Origin: an uncultured Pseudomonadota bacterium
GTDB taxonomy: Bacteria; Pseudomonadota; Alphaproteobacteria; Rs-D84
Direction: 5' to 3'
Length of the DNA: 38,449 nucleotides
Assembly: GCA_947169505.1 (NCBI GenBank)
Contig: CAMVPZ010000001.1
Location: 1-38,449, forward strand
Position 1 is the first letter of the stretch. The number at the start of each line of letters is the position of its first letter. This document shows, one piece after another, positions 8,345-16,160 of the stretch. The notes beneath the pieces are model-generated. The model searched no databases. It saw nothing but the letters and a program-made list of their open reading frames with translations, and was not told the DNA's origin. The translations under genes and the position numbers were made by a program.

Positions 8345-9204
8345 AAATTGGTGTTTTTGGTGCTGGCGCATGGGGGACAGCATTGGCTTATACATGTGCA
8401 AAATCTGGTAATACGGTTATCCATTGGGGTTATAATGGTGTCTTTGATGAAATGGATGGCGTGGCAAGACCTGGTGATGTATCGAGAACAGATAATATGG
8501 AAGATTTAAGAGATTGCGAATATTGGTTGATTGTGACACCTGCTGCATTTTTTCGTGAAACAGCACAAAAAATGCGCACAGTTTACATGGGACAACCAAT
8601 TTTAATTTGCACCAAAGGTATGGAAGCAAAAAGCGGCGAATTTATGTCTGAAATTTTAAAAACAGAAATTCCAGAATGTAAAAACATCGGCGTTTTATCG
8701 GGTCCGCAATTCGCACGTGAAGTTGCAAATGGTATTCCAACAGGATCTACATTGGCCGGCGATGAAAAGGTCAGGGCAGGGGGACACTCCGCATTATCTG
8801 CACTTTATTTACAAGACAGTGACGACATTATTGGAACGCAACTTTGCGGTGTTGGTAAAAACGCAGTCTCTTTGATTTCTGGATTTTTGACGGTTAAATC
8901 AAATGGCGAAAACGAACGTGCATTAATGTTTACACGTGCATGGGATGAAATTGTCGAATTGGGTGTAAAAATGGGCGCAGAATGCGGAACTTTCTTGGGA
9001 TTGTGCGGGATAGGGGATTTATTTTTATCCGCAACGTCACCAACCAGTCGTAATTTTTCAGCCGGCATGTCTATTGCACGTGGTGAAGAATATACCGGAA
9101 CAGTCGAAGGTATATTCGCCCTGAACGGCTTAATCCGCCGTGCAGAGCAATTACATAACAAAACACCAGTGTTGATTGAAATGAAAGAAAAAATGAAAAT
9201 TTAA
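8341..9204 (+). CDS. gpsA: NAD(P)H-dependent glycerol-3-phosphate dehydrogenase (short form)
   Basis: MKIGVFGAGAWGTALA dinucleotide fold, GPQFAREV, GLCGIGDLFLSATSPTSRNFSAG. Confidence 0.85.
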   Translation: MKIGVFGAGAWGTALAYTCAKSGNTVIHWGYNGVFDEMDGVARPGDVSRTDNMEDLRDCEYWLIVTPAAFFRETAQKMRTVYMGQPILICTKGMEAKSGEFMSEILKTEIPECKNIGVLSGPQFAREVANGIPTGSTLAGDEKVRAGGHSALSALYLQDSDDIIGTQLCGVGKNAVSLISGFLTVKSNGENERALMFTRAWDEIVELGVKMGAECGTFLGLCGIGDLFLSATSPTSRNFSAGMSIARGEEYTGTVEGIFALNGLIRRAEQLHNKTPVLIEMKEKMKI

Positions 9205-9215
9205 ACTGTAATATA

Positions 9216-9243
9216 AAGCCTGGCATACATTCCGGGCTTTTTT
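9216..9243 (+). terminator. Intrinsic terminator after gpsA
   Basis: Stem AAGCCTGG (9216-9223) / CCGGGCTT (9232-9239) with one G-T pair, an 8-nt loop and a T-tract to 9243. Confidence 0.6.
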
Positions 9244-9284
9244 GTTGCAAATGAATAAAATTATTTTATAATTCACCAAGGTGT

Positions 9285-9356
9285 TGCGAAGAAGGAATTG
9301 TTCTTTCTTGTATTTGAAAGTCAAAAGAATACAAAAACGAATAATTTTTCTTCGCA
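9285..9356 (+). promoter_or_regulatory. Long nested hairpin in the pnp 5' leader
   Basis: Outer 9-bp stem TGCGAAGAA (9285-9293) / TTCTTCGCA (9348-9356). Inner 7-bp stem TTGTATT (9308-9314) / AATACAA (9328-9334). It ends 33 nt before the pnp ATG. Confidence 0.45.
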
Positions 9357-9389
9357 TAAATAATGAACAAACAAAAAATGGAGAAATAT

Positions 9390-11555
9390 ATGTTTGGTAT
9401 TTTTAAAAAAGGCGAAGAACATGTTTTAAATAAACCTGTTGCTATTGAATTTCAATATGGTGGTGAAACTGTTCGTTTGGAAACCGGCCGTTATGCAAAA
9501 CAGGCAACTGGCGCAGTAATGGCAACAATGGGACAAACCATGGTATTGGCAACTGTGTGTGCTGAAAAAACTGCGGTCGAAGGGCAAGATTTCTTTCCGT
9601 TAACCGTTGATTATCAAGAAAAATATGCTTCATCTGGTCGTATTCCAGGATCACGCGATAGACGTGAAGGCAAAGCAAGTGTTAACGAAACATTGACTGC
9701 ACGTCTTATCGACAGACCTATACGTCCTTTGTTCCCAGAAACCTTTAAAAACAAAGTACAAATTATTGCCCAGGTTTTTTCTTATGACAAAAAAAATCAA
9801 CCTGATATTTTGGCGATGATTGCGTCCAGTGCTGCATTGGCAATATCTGGGGTTCCTTTTGCTGGACCAATTGGTGCTGCACGTGTTGGTTATCGTGATG
9901 GACAATATGTTTTGAATCCATCGAAAAAAGAAGTTGAAGATTCTCAAATGGATTTGGTTGTTGCTGCGACCAAAGACGGTGTTTTAATGGTTGAATCTGA
10001 AATCGGTGAATTGGACGAAAAAACAACACTTGGCGCTGTTAAATTCGGTTTTGATCAACAACAAACTGTCATCAAAGCAATTAATGATTTCGTTAAAAAG
10101 GCTGGCAAAGAACGTTGGGCTACGCCTGAAAACACCGAAGAATATGTAATAATGCAGAAAGATTTTGAACAATTTGCAAATGAAATCACAGACGCATTAT
10201 TAATCAAAGAAAAATTACTTCGTCTTGATACGTTGGCTGAAATTCATGCCAAAGCAAAGGCCAGAATCCCGGAATTATTCCCGGAAACAACAACGGCAAT
10301 GTCAACATTGGAATCATGGGCTGATGAAATTATCGAAAATATAACTGCACGTATTATGCGTGGAAATATTTTGGCGGGCAAACCTCGTATTGATGGCCGT
10401 GATACAAAAACTGTACGTCCAATTGAAATCGAATTGGGTGTATTACCACGTGCACATGGTTCTGCTTTGTTTACTCGTGGTGAAACCCAGGCTTTGGTTT
10501 CATTGACATTGGGTGGTGGCAAAGATGCTTTGCCAATTGAATCTTTGGATGGCGACAGTGAACGTGATTTCATTTTGAATTATAATTTCCCTGGATTTTC
10601 AGTCGGTGAAGCCAAAGGTTTAAAAGCCCCAGGTCGTCGCGAATTGGGACATGGTAATTTGGCATGGCGTGCGGTTCATCCAATGATCCCAACACGCAGC
10701 GAATTCGACTATGTCATCCGTATTTGCAGCGATATTTTGGAATCAAACGGTTCTTCATCAATGGCAACAACTTGTGGTGCAACATTGGCTATGATGGACG
10801 GTGGCGTTCCAATGAAAAGACCGGTTGCTGGTATCGCTATGGGATTGATAAAAGAGGGCGCAGAATATGCAATTTTGACCGATATTTTGGGTGATGAAGA
10901 CCATTTGGGCGACATGGATTTCAAAGTGACAGGAACAGATCGTGGTATTACAGCATTGCAAATGGATATCAAAATCACATCTATTACTTTTGAAATTATG
11001 GAACACGCATTGGCCCAGGCTAAAGATGGTCGTATGCACATTTTGGGCAAAATTGAAAAAGCAATCAAAGAACCACGTAAAACTTTGTCTGAATTCGCAC
11101 CGCAAAGTTATGCTATGAAAATCAATCCGGACAAAATCCGTGATGTGATTGGCAAAGGTGGCTCTGTGATTCAGGCATTAACACGTGAAACAAACACTCA
11201 AATCGAATTAGAAGATGATGGGTCTATCAAAATCATGGGGGCCGACAAAGACGATGTAGATGAAGCAATAAAACGCATCAAAGAAATCGTTGCAGAACCA
11301 GAAATAGGCGAAATCTATGAAGGTGAAGTCAGTGGTATCAAAGATTTTGGTTTGTTTGTGAAAATCATGAAAAACTTTGAATCCATGGTTCATATTTCTG
11401 AAATCACTGGTGAAAGATTGGCAAAAATCGAAGATGCAAAACTTAACATCGGTGATAAAGTTTTTGTTCGTTATATGGGTATGGATAAACGTGGCAAAAC
11501 ACGTATGTCTATGGTTGGTATCGACCAAAAAACTGGAAAAGAAATCAAAAAATAA
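9390..11555 (+). CDS. pnp: Polyribonucleotide nucleotidyltransferase (PNPase)
   Basis: Two RNase PH domains followed by KH and S1 domains (GKGGSVIQALTRETN; IYEGEVSGIKDFGLFVKI). Start chosen at MFGIFKK (ATG 9390), 5 nt after GGAGA. The ORF track start is 9363. Confidence 0.93.
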   Translation: MFGIFKKGEEHVLNKPVAIEFQYGGETVRLETGRYAKQATGAVMATMGQTMVLATVCAEKTAVEGQDFFPLTVDYQEKYASSGRIPGSRDRREGKASVNETLTARLIDRPIRPLFPETFKNKVQIIAQVFSYDKKNQPDILAMIASSAALAISGVPFAGPIGAARVGYRDGQYVLNPSKKEVEDSQMDLVVAATKDGVLMVESEIGELDEKTTLGAVKFGFDQQQTVIKAINDFVKKAGKERWATPENTEEYVIMQKDFEQFANEITDALLIKEKLLRLDTLAEIHAKAKARIPELFPETTTAMSTLESWADEIIENITARIMRGNILAGKPRIDGRDTKTVRPIEIELGVLPRAHGSALFTRGETQALVSLTLGGGKDALPIESLDGDSERDFILNYNFPGFSVGEAKGLKAPGRRELGHGNLAWRAVHPMIPTRSEFDYVIRICSDILESNGSSSMATTCGATLAMMDGGVPMKRPVAGIAMGLIKEGAEYAILTDILGDEDHLGDMDFKVTGTDRGITALQMDIKITSITFEIMEHALAQAKDGRMHILGKIEKAIKEPRKTLSEFAPQSYAMKINPDKIRDVIGKGGSVIQALTRETNTQIELEDDGSIKIMGADKDDVDEAIKRIKEIVAEPEIGEIYEGEVSGIKDFGLFVKIMKNFESMVHISEITGERLAKIEDAKLNIGDKVFVRYMGMDKRGKTRMSMVGIDQKTGKEIKK

Positions 11556-11564
11556 ATTTGAAAT

Positions 11565-11589
11565 AATTGGGCGATTTATTCGCCCAATT
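11565..11589 (+). terminator. Hairpin after pnp (possible terminator or 3'-end stabiliser; no clear U-tract)
   Basis: Perfect 9-bp stem AATTGGGCG / CGCCCAATT with a 7-nt loop, 10 nt after the pnp stop. Confidence 0.4.
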
Positions 11590-11615
11590 AATTAATGAAA
11601 TAAAAGGAATTCCCA

Positions 11616-11909
11616 ATGGATATGGAATCTTTGATGGCCCAAGCCCAAGATTTACAAACAAAAATATCATCTGCCCAAGATGAATTGGCAAAAATGCACG
11701 TCAAAGGCATTGCAGAAAACGGTTTAGTTGTTATTGATATGACCGGCAAATATGATGTTGTGTCTGTTAATATTCATGACAATGCTTTGTCTTTGGGGGC
11801 TGATAAAGTTGCAGAATTGGTATTAAATGCATACCAAGATGCAAAATCCAAAGCAGATGTTTTAATTGATAAAACGATGTCTGCAATAACCGGTGGATTG
11901 AATATGTAA
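11616..11909 (+). CDS. ybaB: YbaB/EbfC family nucleoid-associated protein
   Basis: 97 aa; MAQAQDLQTKISSAQDELAKMHVKGIAENGLVVIDMTGKYDVVSVNI... matches the YbaB pattern. Confidence 0.85.
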   Translation: MDMESLMAQAQDLQTKISSAQDELAKMHVKGIAENGLVVIDMTGKYDVVSVNIHDNALSLGADKVAELVLNAYQDAKSKADVLIDKTMSAITGGLNM

Positions 11910-11950
11910 TAAAATTTTTTGATAAAAAATAAACACAATCTGTTTGTGAT

Positions 11951-12054
11951 GGTCCGCTTTCATTCACGATATTCATTACAGCGAGACATCCATTTCTCTA
12001 ACTCTACATCTCGCCCGGCAAAGCCTATCTCGCTGTAGCGTAAGCGAAAGTGGA
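11951..12054. ncRNA. GC-enriched nested-hairpin element, unassigned (candidate small structured RNA or complex terminator)
   Basis: Perfect 10-bp stem TACAGCGAGA (11977-11986) / TCTCGCTGTA (12028-12037). Outer 8-9 bp stem CCGCTTTC (11954-11961) / GAAAGTGG (12046-12053). A second TCTCGC copy (~12009-12014) allows an alternative pairing. About half G+C in an AT-rich background. Confidence 0.3.
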
Positions 12055-12131
12055 TGGTGGACGTTAAGGGACTTGAACCCCTGACCCTCTGCGTGTAAAG
12101 CAGATGCTCTAGCCAACTGAGCTAAACGTCC
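12055..12131 (-). tRNA. tRNA-Val (anticodon TAC)
   Basis: Minus-strand sequence GGACGTTTAGCTCAGTTGGCTAGAGCATCTGCTTTACACGCAGAGGGTCAGGGGTTCAAGTCCCTTAACGTCCACCA folds as a cloverleaf. Acceptor GGACGTT/AACGTCC, D stem GCTC/GAGC, anticodon stem TCTGC/GCAGA with loop TTTACAC, and an encoded CCA. Confidence 0.95.
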
Positions 12132-12188
12132 AAAGCGGTTTTAATATTACCTTATTTTTTTTATTTGTCCAGAAAAAATTATTCATGT

Positions 12189-12217
12189 TTGCGCTAATAT
12201 GCAAAATATGATACAAT
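12189..12217 (+). promoter_or_regulatory. Candidate sigma70-type promoter for the 12253-13437 gene pair
   Basis: TTGCGC (12189-12194), 17-nt spacer, TACAAT (12212-12217). GGAGG lies 8 nt before the GTG start at 12253. Confidence 0.4.
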
Positions 12218-12252
12218 ACCTGTATCATAAATGAACCTAGGAGGATTTTTCC

Positions 12253-12660
12253 GTGAAAAAATATTTGATACCATTGATGATTATTATTGGTTTTTCATAT
12301 AATGCAGATGCAGCAGTCAAAGTAAAAAATAATACCGCCAACAGATATCAAGAATCTTTTGATGGATATGAAATCAAGGGTGGCGAAGGAGAAATTGACG
12401 ACAGCGAAGCCATTGCAATATTGGAAAACGATATTCGTATTTTGGACGAAGAAATCGCTAAATGTAAAAAACAAAAGAAAGGTTGGATTGCCGCCACTGT
12501 GATTGGGGCGGCAGGTGTTGTTGCGACTGGAACTGCTGCTGCGGTTCAAGGTGTAAAAATAAGTGATAAAAAGACTGATTTACAAGATAAACAGGCCGAA
12601 TTGAAAGACAAGAAAGCAGAATTGGCAGAAATAAAAAAACAAAATAATGATGCAAAATAA
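12253..12660 (+). CDS. Secreted or membrane coiled-coil protein, unknown family (paralogue of the next gene); GTG start
   Basis: Signal peptide MKKYLIPLMIIIGFSYNADA. Coiled coil, then CKKQKKGWIAATVIGAAGVVATGTAAAVQGV, then a Lys/Glu-rich coiled coil. Confidence 0.6.
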   Translation: MKKYLIPLMIIIGFSYNADAAVKVKNNTANRYQESFDGYEIKGGEGEIDDSEAIAILENDIRILDEEIAKCKKQKKGWIAATVIGAAGVVATGTAAAVQGVKISDKKTDLQDKQAELKDKKAELAEIKKQNNDAK

Positions 12661-12672
12661 TAGGAAATCAAA

Positions 12673-13437
12673 ATGAAAAAATATTTCTTAATCGGTATAA
12701 TTATGGCAATAGTTCCAAACATATGTTTTGGGGCTAGCGCACGTTTTACACAATTGGCCCGTGAAAAAGAACGCAAAATGGCGGAATTGGAAAAATGCAT
12801 GGGCTCTACCAAGGGATTAAAGATAGCGGGAATATCAACATTGGGATTGTCTGCGGTTGGTGTTGCGGCAAATGTGGTCGAAGCCAAAAAGATAAAAGAT
12901 TATGACAGCAGTATTGAATCAACCCAACAACAAATAGAAAAAACCAAAACGGAAATAAATAAAAAAACCGATGAATTACAAAAAAAATCATCGGCAGGAC
13001 AAACAAGCGACGAATCAACAGACAATTATGATGAAAATATCGTTGGTGTCGCATTTCTACACAATGGAACATGCCGGGTATATACTGAAAATCATAAGTG
13101 GAATGATGTTGACGAAACACAATGTTCTAAAAACCTGTCCAAAGGGTCATGGCTTGTAAAAAAAGATAGCGAATCTATCAATGGAGACTCAACGTGTGCC
13201 TCAAATGGCATGGACTTAGAGTTTGGTGCAACCGGCACCCCAAATTACAGCCCAGTTGGCGTTGGTGAATACTGTTGGTGCAAGATAAATTCTGGGCCTG
13301 GTACATCTAACGATTGGATATTAAGTACTGATGCTATAAACGGTATCCCAGATAAATGCAAAAATTATTGTGCACACAACTGTGCATACGCCGCATTGAA
13401 TAATAGTTTAGGCTTTAGTAATACACCAACTGAGTAA
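12673..13437 (+). CDS. Secreted coiled-coil protein with an 8-Cys C-terminal domain, unknown family
   Basis: Signal peptide MKKYFLIGIIMAIVPNICFG. Core CMGSTKGLKIAGISTLGLSAVGVAANVVEA is homologous to the upstream gene. The C-terminal domain carries TCRV, QCSK, TCAS, YCWCK and KCKNYCAHNCAY. Confidence 0.6.
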   Translation: MKKYFLIGIIMAIVPNICFGASARFTQLAREKERKMAELEKCMGSTKGLKIAGISTLGLSAVGVAANVVEAKKIKDYDSSIESTQQQIEKTKTEINKKTDELQKKSSAGQTSDESTDNYDENIVGVAFLHNGTCRVYTENHKWNDVDETQCSKNLSKGSWLVKKDSESINGDSTCASNGMDLEFGATGTPNYSPVGVGEYCWCKINSGPGTSNDWILSTDAINGIPDKCKNYCAHNCAYAALNNSLGFSNTPTE

Positions 13438-13465
13438 AAAAACCGCCATTTTGGCGGTTTTTTTT
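13436..13465. terminator. Bidirectional intrinsic terminator between convergent genes
   Basis: A-tract, stem AACCGCC (13441-13447) / GGCGGTT (13453-13459), T-tract. The tracts overlap both stop codons. Confidence 0.7.
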
Positions 13466-14222
13466 ATTTTTGTTTCATTTTTGCCCACAGATTTGCACGA
13501 TTGATATATGCACGTGCCATATCAACATCAAATTTCGGTTTTTCATCAAATAATGTTGCGGATTTTATGCGTCCTTCGGCATCTATCCATGTTTCATAAT
13601 TATTATCAACCAATGTCTTTATTTTATTCAAATTGCCGATTACATTTGTTGCAGACATGCCGCCACTGTATCCCATTGGATGTGTTTCATATATTGGCTT
13701 TTGCCAATTTTCTGCCGCAACCCCATTTCCACCAGATGCATCAAAAAGCAAAGAAAATTTCGCACCTGTTTTATGCAATTTTTTAATCGCATCTTTGGTA
13801 TTATTGTTATATTGAAATATAAATTCTTGATTTGGAAAACTTTGAATTATCTGTGCAACCACGCCCGGCTTTATATTTCCAGCTGTTTTTTGTGGCATGT
13901 TTAATTGTATGCGTTTAATAATACTTTCTTTGTCTTCATTTTTTAATCGTATCCATTCTATAATCGTATCAGGAATAATTCCACGTGCGCATATATCGTT
14001 TGCCCATTCTGCATTTACATGAATTGCCAAATTGATATTTTGAGTTTGATATGCAGCATTTAACAATTCATTAAACCATACATTACGTGGCATGCCATTT
14101 GACATTTTTGATGGATGACATTGAACAGCGATTTCCACATGTGGTAAACGTGATAATTCCATAATGGATTTTATCGAATTATGTTCTCTTGGGTCAGAGC
14201 AGGTGATATATTTTAATTTCAT
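13464..14222 (-). CDS. TIM-barrel protein resembling phosphoribosylanthranilate isomerase (TrpF-like), function unknown
   Basis: MKLKYITCSD..., IQLNMP, and FSLLFDASGGNGVAAENW...MGYSGGMSATNV...WIDAEGRI parallel TrpF landmarks (KICG; VQLHG; LLD..GG.G..FDW; L.GGL.P.NV; VDVSSGVE). The start ATG at 14222 overlaps the rlmN TGA (ATGA). Confidence 0.4.
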   Translation of the reverse strand: MKLKYITCSDPREHNSIKSIMELSRLPHVEIAVQCHPSKMSNGMPRNVWFNELLNAAYQTQNINLAIHVNAEWANDICARGIIPDTIIEWIRLKNEDKESIIKRIQLNMPQKTAGNIKPGVVAQIIQSFPNQEFIFQYNNNTKDAIKKLHKTGAKFSLLFDASGGNGVAAENWQKPIYETHPMGYSGGMSATNVIGNLNKIKTLVDNNYETWIDAEGRIKSATLFDEKPKFDVDMARAYINRANLWAKMKQK

Positions 14223-15319
14223 TTTTCTTCCTTTTTGTTTTTTAACCTTAATTGTCCACATGCAGAACCAATATCCGCCCCCCGTTCCCGTCTGATCCGT
14301 GTATGTATTCCGTTTTTTATTAAAATGTCTTGGAATCTGTGTACCGCATTGCCAGAAAGCGATGCAAAATCACGTTCGTCGACACTGTTCCATGGAATAA
14401 TGTTTACCATAACATTATGTCCACGTAATAATTCTACCAATTTTAACGCATGCTCATTTGACGCATTATAAGCCATCACAGAGCCGTTTTTGTCTTTAAC
14501 GCCCAACAATATATATTCAATCATTAATTGTCGATTATGGGCGCTTGAAAACGTAAACGCAGCATCTAAAACTTCGTTTAATTTATATTTATTGTTTATC
14601 GGCATAATTTTTGAACGCAATTCGTCATCCGGTGCATGCAAAGATATCGCCAAATTAATCGGTCGGCCCCATTTGTTTAATTCGTTTATTCCCGGCACTA
14701 TTCCACATGTAGAAACAGTTATTCTTCGCCAAGATATATTCAATTCATTATTTGCACGTTCTAAAAATCCAATAACATTTTCAGTGTTTTGCAAAGGTTC
14801 GCCGGTACCCATCACAACAATATGAGAAACATCACCATTATTCGGGTCACCATTTGGTTGTGTATCTTTTAATCTGTCGCCACGTAATTCCCATCTGGCA
14901 ACCAAAAGTTGCGCAAACATTTCATTAACTGTTAAATTGCGTTTAAGACCAAGCAGGGTAGATGCACAAAATTTACATCCCATGGCACAACCCGCCTGAC
15001 TTGATACACAAACACTGTTTCCGTATGTTGTCCGCATTAACACACATTCAATTTGTTCGCCGTCTTTTAATTCCAATAAAAATTTAGTTGTTTGATTATC
15101 AACACTTTCTAATTTTTTTACAATTTTAACCGGTAAAGTTTCAGCCACTTCATTTAATTTGCTTCGCAAATCTTCAGGCAAATTTTTCATAACATTAAAA
15201 TCAGGCGCACCACGATTCAACCATTCACGAATTTGTTTGGCACGAAATCGTGGCAAAGATAAATCTGTCACAAATTTTTCCAATTCACCATCTGTCAAAT
15301 TAAAAAGTATCGTTTTCAT
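14219..15319 (-). CDS. rlmN: 23S rRNA/tRNA adenine-C2 methyltransferase RlmN (radical SAM)
   Basis: FRAKQIREWL at the N-terminus, radical-SAM CAMGCKFC, and C-terminal GADIGSACGQL. Confidence 0.9.
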   Translation of the reverse strand: MKTILFNLTDGELEKFVTDLSLPRFRAKQIREWLNRGAPDFNVMKNLPEDLRSKLNEVAETLPVKIVKKLESVDNQTTKFLLELKDGEQIECVLMRTTYGNSVCVSSQAGCAMGCKFCASTLLGLKRNLTVNEMFAQLLVARWELRGDRLKDTQPNGDPNNGDVSHIVVMGTGEPLQNTENVIGFLERANNELNISWRRITVSTCGIVPGINELNKWGRPINLAISLHAPDDELRSKIMPINNKYKLNEVLDAAFTFSSAHNRQLMIEYILLGVKDKNGSVMAYNASNEHALKLVELLRGHNVMVNIIPWNSVDERDFASLSGNAVHRFQDILIKNGIHTRIRRERGADIGSACGQLRLKNKKEEK

Positions 15320-16140
15320 AATTTATACCTGTCATCGTTGATTATGATAACCGCTTTGCGACGCAATTGTTTTAATTGTTGATCTGCAATAATTGATGCT
15401 TTTTTGAATTCTGCATTTTGTTTGATTATTTCATCCAAATTTTTGTATTCTTTGCCTTTCTTTTCACTGCACACCAAAACCATCGAATCATCTTGGATTT
15501 TTGACCAAGTCAACAATGGTAAATTCGCAATTCTTTGGCGCATTTCTTGTGATAATTCATATTGCATCGCAGTAATTTTTTGTGGATAGCCACCAAAAGA
15601 TTCAACCATTTGTTCTGCATCATCACAATTTTTCGGTTTTGTTAATTTTTTTGCTATTTCTTCTGGAATATCTGTTAAACGAATCAACGTTATTTCCACA
15701 GGCAAGCCATGTTCACGTGCAATTTCGCTTTTTTCTTCGGCAATGTCATTTTTAGATACATCTATTGTTGGAATTATTGTTCGCGCCATTACAACTTGCC
15801 ATGCGATGTTAGCCCGCATCGCTAAACGTGCCATTGAACGAGTTGTAGCACTTAAATCACCCAAATTCATTCTTTTTAATTCTTTGTCTGCATCTTTGTC
15901 TGTTGGGTTAACATTAAATTTAGACGCATAGTCCAATTTAACATAATCATCAACAATATTTTGAAATGCTTGTTTACGATTATTGGTAGAAACTTTACCT
16001 TGCTTTGCCATTAATTCTGTACGTGCTGTCACGTCAGCATCAGTTATTGGATTACCATTCACACTGCCAACCACAGTCGCACAGTGTCCAGCCCCAATCA
16101 CCATAAACAAAGTGATAAATCCAGCAATTATTTTTTTCAT
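15316..16140 (-). CDS. SurA-like periplasmic chaperone (no recognisable parvulin signature)
   Basis: Signal peptide MKKIIAGFITLFMVIGAGHC followed by VNGNPITDADVTARTELM, a SurA N-domain pattern. Sits directly downstream of lptD, as surA does in many Proteobacteria. Confidence 0.6.
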   Translation of the reverse strand: MKKIIAGFITLFMVIGAGHCATVVGSVNGNPITDADVTARTELMAKQGKVSTNNRKQAFQNIVDDYVKLDYASKFNVNPTDKDADKELKRMNLGDLSATTRSMARLAMRANIAWQVVMARTIIPTIDVSKNDIAEEKSEIAREHGLPVEITLIRLTDIPEEIAKKLTKPKNCDDAEQMVESFGGYPQKITAMQYELSQEMRQRIANLPLLTWSKIQDDSMVLVCSEKKGKEYKNLDEIIKQNAEFKKASIIADQQLKQLRRKAVIIINDDRYKL

Positions 16141-16160
16141 TTCCTTTTTTCCTTTTTGTT

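Noticed and set aside
9789-9796. An A8 run inside pnp as a possible recoding site.
   Set aside because: No biological precedent exists, and it lies in the middle of a conserved RNase PH domain. It serves only as a reminder that long A-runs are common in this genome, which tempers the dnaX A9 interpretation.
11177-11192. parS-like sequence ATTAACACGTGAAACA inside pnp.
   Set aside because: Only the right half-site matches. The left half has four asymmetric mismatches and the site is inside a coding region, so it is probably chance.
11951-12054. Possibility that the structured element next to ybaB and tRNA-Val is the 4.5S/SRP RNA.
   Set aside because: Size, hairpin shape and neighbourhood fit. 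However, neither strand shows the conserved domain IV features (a GNRA tetraloop closed by the symmetric and asymmetric loops with the ..GGAAGCAGCC-type AGCA motif). It is kept only as an unassigned structured element.
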